Source of the DNA: Podarcis tiliguerta
Taxonomy: Eukaryota
Reading direction: 5' to 3' (one strand)
Length of the DNA: 64,000 bases
NCBI GenBank assembly: GCA_965153285.1
Contig: OZ229115.1
Shown: in pieces, positions 13,588-24,959 of the stretch
Position numbering within the stretch: the first letter of the stretch is position 1
Layout of the letters: the number at the start of each line of letters is the position of its first letter
The notes under the pieces: model-generated
What the model saw: the letters and a program-made list of their open reading frames with translations, nothing else
The model's database searches: none
What the model was told of the DNA's origin: nothing
Program-made: the position numbers and the translations under genes

Positions 13588-16587
13588 TATGCCAGTTATG
13601 CACACACACATGCACAGGAAACAGCTGTAAATAAATAAATGAATGGGTAGGAGTCTAGCATGGAGTCCAGAGTCTTCTCATGAAAAGGATTTGAGTCCTG
13701 TTGTTGAAGCAATGTCTCCAGGGAGACAAACCTCCATTAATACTGCCTATGTACAACACATATGCACTGCTATCTCTGCAATGTCAATCTGCATTTTGCA
13801 GCGGAGAACAGGCACGGTCAGCCCCAATACTGTGGTTGTCCTGCGTATGGAGAGACAACAGAATTAACTTCATCCATTCCGTTCACAAAGGGCAATCTTC
13901 CGCAGTGAACTATGTACCAAACCAAGGTCAGACTTGAATGGTCACAGCCACAAGATGTCACTGTTGCCTTACCTGTGTGAATCCACTTGGGCGTGAAGCA
14001 CAATTACCTGCTTGGTGGGCTTCATCCTATGCCACTCCAGGGCCATTTTGAACTAGAATTTGGAACCAGGTGGGCAGGCCCATTGGGACACCTTTGCACT
14101 TAAAAACAGCCGTCTTCCCAAGCTATAGTAAGCCTGAATTGGGCTTTATTCAAGCCACACAAAAGGAAAGAGCAGTTTACATTTGTCATGGATGTAACAT
14201 TGAAAACAGCCTCTCTGGAGTGATTGCTCCCCAGCCAAGTCAACCATATCTTTCAGATGTACAGCTTATAAGTATTGAGGCTGTCACATTGTGAGTCTCC
14301 CCCACTGTCCACTGTGGCCACAAGACAGATCTTTTACATAAGCCTTTAGAAAACAGAACTGACTTGTGTTAGCTTGATATTGATGGCATGGATTATTATT
14401 TTTAAACTTACTCCCTAATGGAAAGCACTAATGAGTCCTTGCTTTGAAACATTAATATGTTTTAAATTAATAATCTCTTACCGCAATGGATTGCACAATT
14501 GCTTTCATTTCATTTTCAAATGATCTAAGGCAGAGGTGGAAACCTGTGGGCCATTTATTACCCCCCTCCCCCAGTAGTTTTTTTACCTCCAAGATTCCCA
14601 TCCCCAAATGACTTCCTCCAAAGAATTCTAGAAACTGTAGTTTACGTCTCAAAGAGCTACAATTTGCAGCACCCTTGAACTACTGTTCCCAGGACTCTTT
14701 GGGGGAGGAAGGGGAGAGATGTGCTTCAAATTATTGCTGCCATAAAAAATAAAAATATTGTTGCCAACAAAAGGACAAAGGGGCAGGAGACCTCCAAGGT
14801 GCCCTGAGGATAATTTCTGTATTAAGACAGTGAGCCCCACAAAAACTCTGGAGCACACTTTTGAGCAATCTGATTAGCGATGATACAAGTGTAAAAGAGT
14901 GCTCTTAAAACTCCAGTTCACATGTACATGTCTACCTTCAATGTGACTTTTCTCATTTGTAAGCACCCAATGGGGCTGTGTTGGGTAACGCCTTAACTGC
15001 CTGGAGTGTGTGCACCATTAATGCCAAGTACCATTCAGTCGAGTAGCATTTCAGATTGCTTGATGCATTCACCTGAAGATGTGTTCATGTCACTTGATGA
15101 GGAGTACAGTATCTCTCCATCTTGAGGCTTGGCATTTTCTCTTGATTTGCTTTGCCGGTGCCTGAAATTGATTACCTCAGCTAAACCCACATATGTCACA
15201 GTACATAATGTGCAAGGCTTTGAACTCCTTTGATCTGAGATTATGTTTTACATCAACCAATATAACACGGAACTGCTTTGTTTATGCTGAACAAATACAA
15301 AAACATAGGGATGAGCCCAGAGAGCATATCCAGATCATAGTGAAAACTACTAACAGGGGAGCTAGAATGATAACAGGTATTTGCTAAGGAATACAAGTGG
15401 GGAGGAGATACCTAGAGTTGGGGTTACAAGGCTCTGGGAAATCAGGGCCCTCACAAAACATTGGAAAAACAGCAGCAATTTTCAGGCTTTGCTTTTGTTT
15501 TGTATTTTGCATTGCAACTGATTTCTTCTGCGTGTGACCTACAGAAAATGAATTGACTTGACATCTGCTTAATCAGATTGCATTAAGTAGATGTATTTGA
15601 CTTTAAGCCAATTTACCCATTCCGTGGGAGCTCTAAATATCTGAAAACTTATGGGCACTCTGAGATGTTCTTATAAAAGGTAGAAACCCCACCACACAGT
15701 TGAACAGTTGTAAAAGTTAGAACCAAGAGTCGGTGTTTTGGAGCCTGAGGGATACTGTTAAGGTAGCCCTGGAGCCTGCATGGCTGCTGTCCCTGTAGCC
15801 AGGCAATCCCCGATCCTAAATCTGTTATTTAACTACAGGAGGGAATGACAAGGGAAATGCTCTACAATATTTCAAAGAGCACTCTTCCACATAGGAGCTC
15901 CCTCACCTATTAAGATGATCAGGAAAGTCCCCCTGCCCCCGGTATATCATATGCTCAACAGGACTCTCCATGGAATGGAGCAGGGCCTTCTTAGTAGTGG
16001 CCCTGAGGCTTTTGAATTGTCTCCAAATTCACCTCCATAAATAATAAAGGAGCCGTGTATCTGTTCAGGCCTTTGGTAGCTAGGAGGAGAGGAGTTTGCT
16101 GTTTTTGACGTTTTAGTCAAAATGAACTGGCTTGGTTTTTCAACTTCCATTCATAAAGGTCAGCCCACAGTGCTGCCACCACATATTGACATCTTCTCGG
16201 TTGGGTAATAGCCAGAAGCACAAAACAATCACTGCAGCATTTGCTGCTTCATTTGTGGTACTGTTAGGTTAGAGCCTTCAGCCGCTTCACTGCAGTTGCT
16301 TGCCCAGTCTGAGCATAACCCATGATGCCCTCTAGAAATTAAAGATTAGCTCAGTTTCCTTTCAGGCTGCTCACTTCCAACACTGGTTTTGTTAGGAGAC
16401 TGGGTTATGGCTAGTGATGAAGAAGTTTTCAGTTTTCCCATGATCTTCTAGATGCAGAACCCAATCAAGAAAATAGGAGGCCTTGTAGGGCCCAGACCTT
16501 GAGCAAGGGAACAAGTGGTTAGTATTATCAGCAAGCTTTAAGAACATGTGAAGCAGGTCTGTTTGTTGGACATGAATTTACTGGGAG

Positions 16588-17783
16588 TCATGTACTTTCA
16601 AAATCTGAGATAGGCGAGGATGATGGGAACACAACATTTTCAATAACAGGCTGCTCTTCTAGCTCAAAAAGGGGTGGCAAAACAGCCCCATCTGGCTCTT
16701 CCTCTGGATTGGGAGGAGTTGGAAACATAACCCCTTCTTGGTCAGGATTCTCAAAAGTGAGAGAAGGCAACAGGGGAGAATCATCTTTTTCAGCATTCTC
16801 CAAAGTAGGATAAGGCAACAGGGGAGAATCATCTTTTTCAGCATTCTCCAAAGTGGGAGAAGGCAACAGGGGAGAGTGGTCTTTTTCAGCATTCTCCAAA
16901 GTGGAAGAAGGCAAGAAGGGAGAGTCATCTTTTTCTGCATTCTCCAAAGTGATAGAAGGCAACAGGGGAGAGTCATCTTTTGGGGAGTCCGGAACAGCAA
17001 GGACTGTGACTTCTTTTTCCTGCTTGGTCTCAACATCGCCTTTAGGAAAAGAATCCTGTTTCTTCTTCCTTCTACGGCGGAAGTACCAGAAGCAGCTGCA
17101 CAGAGACAGGGAATCTTTATTACCATAAGGCATGTGGCTCTTAGTAGGCACCCCTCCCATACAGCTCTGGTTGCCCAGAACCCCATGATCAAAATACAGG
17201 GAGGGACACATATAAGGAATATGGAAGCCAGATTCATAGCAAAGTGGTAACATCCCCCTTGCCCAAGAACTCTGTTGGGTTAGGGCAGGGGTAGGCAACC
17301 TAAGGCCCGTGGGCCAGATGCGGCCCAATCGCCTTCTCATGGACGGTCTGGGAATCAGCGTGTTTTTACACGAGTAGAATGTGTCCTTTTATTTTCAATG
17401 CATATCTGGGTTATTAGTGGGGCCTGCCTGGTGTTTTTATATGAGTGGAATGTGTGCTTTTATTTAAAATGCATCTCTGAGTTATTTGTGGGGCATAGGA
17501 ATTCATTCATTATTATTTTTTTCAAAATATAGTCCGGCCAACCACATGGTCTGAGGGACGGTGATCCGGCCCATGGCTGAAAAAGGTTGCTGACCCCTGG
17601 GTTAGGGTATGCTGGTTGGGGTATCTTGGCCAGGATCAGGTGGTGGTTACTGAAAAGTGATAATAATCAAATTGTAGAAGGCATGTGGGGAAACCATGCA
17701 AGGGAGCTGTATTCAGAGGAAGGGCAAAGGTGGAATGAAAGCAATACCTGTTTGGTGCACTCTAGTCCCAGAAGCCAGGGAAA

Positions 17784-17829
<46 letters not shown>

Positions 17830-20800
17830 TATTATTTTTACCCCGCCCATCTAGCTGGGTTTCCCCAGCCACTCTGGGCGGCTTCCAACAAAACACTAAA
17901 ATACAATAACCAATTAAATATTAAAAGCTTCCCTAAACAGGGCTTCAGATGTCTTCTAAAAGTTTGGTAGTTGCACTGCACTGGTGGTGCAGATATATGA
18001 TCCCGTAGTGGAGGCATTCCCTGGGCACCCCCACCCCCAATTATCTGTGATAACTGGTTGCACAGCCACTGTCATTTCTCAGGATCTCTTGGGACCCTGC
18101 CCTCACTTAATGACCAGCCACACATCTCTTTGGCCCACCAAATTTTACAGAAGTGGGCTTAGACAGGAAAGAAGAAAACCCAGAACTCACAGCACAATGA
18201 TACAGAGGCAAGTAAGCAGCAGGACGAGAAAGATCACCAACAGAGCAGGAAATCCATGTGTTGGAGGGACTGCGTGGAAAGAGACACAGATCACTCAAGA
18301 GTGCCAGTTCTCCTCAGCACCCAGAGCCAAGCTGCCTATCCAGCAGTAGCACCTGCCTCTATTAAGTTAAACAGCAGGTGAGCTTAAGTATCACAGTGGA
18401 AAGAAAGGCCAAAGGGAAATAGGCAGCCAGTATAAGCAAACACTGTTTGGACCAAATTCACACATGCACAGAACTGTTCCCTCACTAGATGCTCATATAT
18501 ATGGTTGCAGTCAAGGAGCTCTGTTTCTTAGGTACCTAAGAACACAAGAAAAGCCTTGCTAGATCAGGCCAAAGGACCACCTCCTTCAGCATCTTGTTCT
18601 CACTGAGGTCTGCAGGAAGCCTGCAAGCAGGACATGAGTGCAACAGTAATAACTTGTAATTCTGAGTAACTTCAGAGGCACACTGCCGCCAATAGTGGAG
18701 GTGGAACATAGCCATCTGAAGTTAAATCTGTCTTTGGATTTAACATACAGGTTTGAGGGAGCATTAAGTATACAGAGCATCACCTTAGGGAAGAGGGATA
18801 ATTAACACGATCACAGGAGGTGAAATTTAACTCTCCTGTTGTGAGTCTTGTGGTAAGAATTTACTTCTACATCACTCTGTCTGTTACCAAGATGAGGGGC
18901 CACCTTTTAAATAAAATACAGAACCAAGGAAACTAATTCAAGTCCAGCATCCAGGACTGAAGTAAATCCTCCTCTGGAGCTAGTATTTCTATTGGGAAGA
19001 AATTCCCCATTGCAGCAAATCTTCCCAACTTCAGAGGAGGGATTTTTCTCAGGACTGTGGCAAGGAAAGAGTTAAAATCCCCTCCCCCTTCACCCCCTAC
19101 AATCATGATACTTCTCAGCCCCAGCCACACAGTTGATGCTATGTTGTGTCTAGCTTGACTCTCAGTATGCTAAGTCCAAGAAACAGTGCTGGAAAATCCA
19201 GAGAGGTCTCTCAGGAAGCCCTTCCTCATGTCACCCACCTGATACATACCTTCTGGGCTCATGCATTCCGCAGCTGTTCTGGCAGCAGGGTGCAAGGTTG
19301 ACCCGTTGTGGTAGCACTGAATGCACACAGTTGTCCCATAGCGCAGGCTATATGTTCCGTATGGGCAGGGAACGCAATTTCCAGATGCAGCCACACTATA
19401 TGTTCCAGGAGGGCACGCAGCTGTCAAGCAAAATGGCAGATAAAGGCATGGAGGGGGGAGCGAAAGGAGCAGAGCCTGAAATACAGACAGCACACAGGTT
19501 TCATTCCTCCATCAGCTAAGCTGGAGGGGTGGGGAGGAATTAGGGAGAGAGGGATTTCAAGCTGGCCGCATACCGTGTGAGCCCTACCCAAGGGGCATCC
19601 TTTTTCAATCATCCTCCTCAAAGGAGTTGTGGAGAGGGTGTCTCTTCCTGGAATCAAGGGAGTCATGCTTAGCGCAATGTGCTAAACAGGTGGACAAAAT
19701 AGCTCTGACTGAATGGAATTAAAGATCGGATCCAAGGGCTGTGTACACACCATGCATTTAAAGCATGTGACTTCCCCCCCCCCAAAAAAAATTGGGAACT
19801 GTAGTTTATTAAGGGTGCTGAGAAATATAGCTCCACGAGGGGTGAAAACTAAAGTGTACACAGCCCAAGGGCACCTGGCAGAGCTACAGTGAAACTCTAG
19901 AACAGTCTTTCCCAACCTTGGGTCTCCAGCTGTTTTCAGACGACAGTTCCCATCATCCCTGACCAGTGGTCTTGCTAGCTAGGGATGATGGGAGTTGTAG
20001 TCCAAAAACAGCTGGAGACCCAAGGTTGGGAAACACTGCTCTAGAGGAAGGGAAGGTAGAGAGAAGAGAGCCATTACAAACCCAGTGCTCTCCAGATGTT
20101 TTGGGGCTGGTGGGAGTTGTGTTCCAAAACATCTGGAAGGCACTGGGTTTGCAAAGGCTGGGGTGACAGCTAAGAACAAATGTGGCGAGAGGCTTCCCAG
20201 TGACGTGAACAAACACTGCAGCCTATGGGACCAGAGGCAGCGTCTGAGGAGGGATGAGGCAGCAGCTCATGGATCACCTGCTCCACTCACTACAGCAGTC
20301 GGGACAGCGTGCCTGTAGCTCCGAGGTCTGTCCATAACCTTCCAGGCATGTTCCACCCTCCAGGAAGTTGACAAAGGTGTTGACGAAGGAGGTGCGGGAG
20401 GTGGGCACCTCTCCCAAGGGGAAACGTTTGTTGTTCTCCATGAATATGGTTATTGCTTCCTCGGCCTGTAGGGAGATGCATAGGGTGGTTCAAGAGTGGG
20501 GGAAGGAAGACTGGGAGGTCTGCTTTTTGTTATTGATCTGTTTTTCTGAAAAAGGAAGGTAAACAGGATTGCAGGGAAAACTGAGAAGGATAAGAATCTG
20601 ATGACAGGGTCATCACAAGAGTGAGTGAACAAAATGTGGCAATTCCATAGTAAATGCCTAGAATGCAAGCATCCATCCTTTCTTTGAAATATGCATAACC
20701 ATGGGGTTCTTGCTTTTATTGCCTCAAAGTAAATAGCCCCAGCGATTCCATGTGCAGCAATGCACATTAGCCTTGTTCCAGAACGTATGTAGGTACAAAA

Positions 20801-23800
20801 CCCCAGCAAACTTATTTCCTGGTAGGGGAGAGATGAAGTTTGGTGACGTACCTGCTGCAGATTGCTCAAGACAGCTCCATTATAACAATCAAATTCCAGT
20901 GCATCAGCCTTGGGGGAGCAGAACTTATCCCAGCCCTTCCCAAAAGGAGATACTAGAAAACAATGACAAATATGTTACGGTCCCTTTGCCGATAGGCTCG
21001 CTCTTCCATCAGTGCACACAGAGTCCAAACCCTCATTCCAGGATATGGCAAAATAGATCCAATATAATGCTTGCCTGAATGCAGTTAAGTAAATTATGTT
21101 AATTCAACTTAGCGCAACCCTCCAGATCATGATACATATCCATTGCCACCCTTGCTGCTTAAGAAATGTTCCTCCGGCAATCCAAGGGAATGTACCTTTA
21201 CCCAAAATCTGTCTGTTCTCAGCAAAGACACACACTGAGGCTACACTTACTTCTGGTGTTTTCAGTAGGCAGTCCTAGCTGGTGAAATCCTGCCTTTCTG
21301 CACGAGCCTCTCCTGCTCCAAACTTCACTTCCTCCCCAAACTGTGACTGAACCCAGCCAACCTGAGTTCCTCTGCCATCCTCTAGAAACACCCTGAATTT
21401 CTTGGCTCTGACCTTCAAGCTCTACCTGGAAGTTGAACTCATCCAAGGGTTTCTCCATGGTGGGGAAGCAGCTGATGGCGCCAAGCAGAAGTTCACAGTG
21501 GAGGTGGTGCACCACCTCGCTCAGGTGCTCTCGCAGGGTCTTCAGGAACCCATGCGTCAATTCCTCATCGCAAGAGTTGCACTGAAAAAGGAGTAGGACG
21601 TGCAGCTCTGCACGTATGTGGTAGCCTGGGGAAAGAGGCAGAGGAAGGGGAATCTGGAAGGCAACTTCTCCTACAAAAACAGGAGCTCAAAAGACAGCAA
21701 AAGTCACATCTTCCACATCATGTCCACTATGAAGAAGTTCAAGAAGACGGAAAGAAATTGTAAACACCTAAGAAAGACTGTGGATCCTCAGGAGAACAGA
21801 GAGAAACTACCTATGTTTGGCCACAGTGTCTGGCCACAGGCCAAAACTTCTCCCACATTTCTCCCAATATATGTCCGTCCATCCCCCACCACTAGCTTCC
21901 TCCTGGTTCCAGCCAATCACCCATCTAGTCAAATAGTTCAGTCCCCTTTGTTTCACTATCCTTCAAGACATCTGGAATCCACTCACCCACCACTGTGTGA
22001 TAGAAAGTTTTAGTATGGAGCTGGCCATCCGTGGTGTAGGAGACTGTGCAGACATACAGTCCACTGTCATCAGTATGAAAATCATGCAGAGTCAGGGAAG
22101 CATCACCACTGAGGGGATGGGTTCCTGAAAGTAGAGGGCAGAATCAGCCTAAGAAGAACAATGTTCTGTTACAACCAGCTTAGGCACCAATACTGAGGTC
22201 AAGAGAAACCCCCGGTCCTTTAATACTTCTATAGCTTCATGTGGCTCTTGGCTCATTGGTACATGGATGCATCGAGAGAGTCTAATTATTTTCTGCTGCC
22301 CTTATGCCATGAATGCCCATACAAAATACCTTTCTTGAATCCCGACATTCTACACCATATTTTCTTATTATAGGAACCATGCACTGGGTAGCTGAGATTG
22401 GCAGGTACAGTTAGTCAATATTTTGTGACATGCTGATACTATTTTACAACCAAGTTTTGGGTTTGGAAAAGCAAGTTGTCTCGCAGCTTGCTTCAGTTAT
22501 AACTTTTAAGTAACAGGAACCTTTAAAAGCTGAGCTCTGAGTCTATTTCACTTCCAGTAGTTCTGATGTTTTTGCCAATATGCCTGTTGTGAAGAATAAT
22601 CTGTTGAGCTCTCCAGACTTTAATTTGGGCAGGCAATTTCAGGCCAACTTGGTTTCACATCTGGGAAGCTTAACAGATGCATCAATGTGTTTGCGAGTTA
22701 CCTTTTCATGCATCTTCAGGCCTCACCCCAAGCAGTGATTGAACTGGTATAAGAAGTAAAGATGGGCTCCTTAATGAAATCCACAGGGCCCAATACCCAC
22801 TCACTCCAATTTTAGCCACATAATGGCCTCTCTGTAGCATTAGGAGGAAGAGTGACATAACATTGGCTCTTGCCCAAGGCACAAGGACACAGAGGGCATA
22901 GGCAAGCCTAAACTTATTCTCAACATAAAATGCTTGGGAAATATTATCTTGGGTGCTAAAGTTCAAATCAGTCTGAGGAGCAAAAAAATCTCTGTTGCTG
23001 ATCATTCTAGAAAAAACATTGGCAGCCCTGGGACACCAACAGGTGCCTTTTCCCAAGTAATCCAAACTCTTCTTTCCCTCACACATCTGTCCCTGACATC
23101 TACTGAAAGATCCTAGAGTCCCAAGCAATAAGGCCTAACCTTCATTTTCCAGGCTCCAGTTGTAGGTGGGATTCATACCAATCACAACATCCATCTCTGA
23201 AGACTTGCAGGGGATAGTAAATTCCTTGGCACCAATGTGGACAAAGATGGTGTCTGAAAAAATAGGCAGGTATTGTGGTTAGCATGTCTGACTAGAACCA
23301 GGAAGACCCGGGTTCAAATCCTCCCTTGGCCATGAAGCTCCCTAGATGACCTTGAGCCAGCCACTACCTCTCAGCCTAATCTAGCTCATAGGGTTGCTGT
23401 GAAGATAAATGGAAGGTGGAAGAGCTGTGTACTCTGGCTTGGGCTTTCTGGAGGAAAGACAGGGTTCAAATTTAGTAAAAAATGAATAAATCAGAAGAAT
23501 CAATTTGGCATTGGTGACAGGGCAATGGGAAAACAAGGTTCTTGGTTGGGCTTTGTGTTAATGGGCACAAATCATCTAATGATCATCTATCGCTTGGCTA
23601 GCTCAGGTGGCCAGATTGAAGTGCCAAGGCCATGGATTCAAGGCACAGATCAGATGGCCACTGAAGATGGATGAAACGAGGCTGCAGTGATGATGTCCCC
23701 ATTTATTGCTTGTTTATTTTACTTAGTGCAGTGTCAGCTAAATGGAACTGATCTTCATTACAGTCTCACCCAGCTCTCCAGCTGTCTTTCTAACACGTGC

Positions 23801-24928
23801 CAGTCCTGCAGGAGTTCCATTGTCAGACAAGTCAAGGTGAAGTCCACAGCCTGAAAAGGAGCAAAGACCTCCTTCTGTAAAGTATCATACTGTAAAGTAT
23901 CATTACAGACTTAACTGCTGTATCTGTGTATTCATAAAGCAATGGTTCCCAGCTTCATGGTACATTGTGCAGTCTGAAACTCACCCCGGAGCTCCCATGT
24001 TTTGACCAGGGAGAGTCGGAGGTTAAATTGGGATATACTGGCAAATCCCCAGATGACACAGTATTTCCACAGCAGCAAGTAAAACTGATATATATCTGCC
24101 ATTGCTGACTTTGTAGAAACCACTTATTTCTCAGCCTCAGTGTTCCTCACCTGGAAGGTAGGCAGCAATCTTAACACCATACCCAAAAGGAAGCCCTATT
24201 AAATTCAACAGGACTTCCTTCTGAGTACACATGGGATTGCATTATTGGCTGCCACTGGCCAGTTTTAGAGTTCTGTGTTAAAATCCCTAAACTGCAGTAA
24301 CTCAGATGTTGAATTATTTATTATATATTTATTTTTTTGATGTAGTTATTGTTACAATACATTTTCATTTGTGTATGTAGTTTATTCCAGTGTATGGTTT
24401 GTGGGGTGGAACAGGTAATTCTTCCTGCTGAACCCCCCTTTTCCATGGGGTGCCAATCCTGTTCCCACCGCCACCTTTGTACAATGTGGCTCTGTACTGT
24501 CCACCCACCCCAGCCAGGATCTTGCTCCTGACACCATCTGGTAGACCTCAGGATGACAGCAATATACAAAGCCGGTTTCAAAAGTCTCAAATTGAACTTC
24601 ACTCCAACTCTCTCTAGCTCCATGCAAGGAGCCATTTCGGTCCAGAATATTGTGTTTTTGAGCTGCATGCGAGGCGATTCCATCCGTTTTTGTGGACAGA
24701 TTCGAATGTTAATTGAATTAATAAACTCGTATAACAGGCAGGCGTTTAGGAGACCGTGCCCTTGGCTCTTTCCACAAGCAACTGCAGCTCTGATGTGCTA
24801 CCACCACATCCTCGAGGAGACACCCGGCTGCAGCCGAGCCCCTCGATAGCACCCTTCTCCGTACCGGGCCCATCGCACAGCAATAGGACTAGGATCCCCA
24901 AAGCGACGCCAGCCGACCAGCAAGACAT
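16588..24928 (-). CDS. ZPBP/sp38-family-like type I membrane protein, 10 coding exons, ~547 aa (557 aa if the in-frame upstream ATG at 24958 is used)
   Basis: Exons (-): 24928-24865, 23850-23770, 23253-23140, 22124-21987, 21625-21413, 20952-20852, 20465-20291, 19420-19250, 18269-18191, 17095-16588. All introns are GT-AG, all phases are compatible, and the 1644 nt read open to TGA. Signal peptide MSCWSAGVALGILVLLLCDGPGCG. Ig motifs FTIPC..YNWS..LTLHDFHTDDSGLYVC. ZPBP2-like blocks VSPFGKGW, NLQQAEEAI, CLEGYG..CPDCCTACPPGTYS. TM GFPALLVIFLVLLLTCLCIIVLCFWYF followed by RRRRKKK. Confidence 0.85.
16741..16980 (-). repeat. Coding minisatellite, 5 x 48 bp (16-aa unit KDDSPLLPSxTLENAE) in the cytoplasmic tail of the ZPBP-like gene
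   Basis: AAGGCAACAGGGGAGA-like words recur with a period of 48 bp; the translated units are visible in ORF 16588..17340. Confidence 0.92.
17286..17599. mobile_element. hAT-type MITE with perfect 8-bp TSD
   Basis: TIRs CAGGGGTAGGCAACC...GGTTGCTGACCCCTG; TSD GGTTAGGG at 17278-17285 and 17600-17607. Confidence 0.92.
17785..17970 (-). mobile_element. (AAT)n microsatellite abutting a LINE (L2-like) 3' end
   Basis: About 14 AAT units at 17785-17828, followed by ccccgcccatct..ccccagccactctgggcggctt..ttcagatgtcttctaaa, a repeat I recognise as common in lacertids; family call tentative. Confidence 0.6.
18537..18716 (-). mobile_element. Old LINE (CR1-like) 3' fragment
   Basis: Second diverged copy of the 5426-5625 element, in intron 8 of the ZPBP-like gene. 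Confidence 0.5.
19903..20038. mobile_element. Palindromic hAT-type MITE
   Basis: Near-perfect fold-back (cagtctttcccaaccttgggtctccagctgtttt...aaaacagctggagacccaaggttgggaaacactg) with near-identical 8-bp flanks CTCTAGAA/CTCTAGAG. Related decayed copies lie near 11665-11790, 34365-34490, 36385-36500 and 40670-40815. Confidence 0.85.
23272..23490 (+). mobile_element. tRNA-derived SINE (MIR/CORE-like)
   Basis: gtggttag..B-box GGTTCAAATCC..tgaccttgagc..ctctcagcct..gggttgctgtgaagataaa, A-rich end. Confidence 0.65.
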
Positions 24929-24959
24929 GTAGCCAGACTTAAGGGCGATCTGTCCCATT

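Noticed and set aside
16741-16980. CRISPR-like regular repeats
   Set aside because: Contiguous tandem units without unique spacers, in a eukaryotic coding exon.
16659-17250. Overlapping 192-aa (-), 170-aa (+) and 91-aa (+) repetitive ORFs, including a hydrophobic MNLASIFLICVPP stretch
   Set aside because: Shadow frames of the 48-bp coding minisatellite; exon 9 supplies a better TM with proper splice sites.
17278-17285. Telomere-like GGTTAGGG flanking a MITE
   Set aside because: Only a single unit duplicated as a TSD; not an interstitial telomere array.
16588-17340. 250-aa ORF as a stand-alone gene
   Set aside because: Its first codons lie in a hAT MITE and intron; only 17095-16588 is the last exon of the ZPBP-like gene (clean acceptor, matching phase).
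17587-17970. 127-aa ORF with a poly-Ile 'TM'
   Set aside because: Translation of the (AAT)n microsatellite and adjacent LINE tail.
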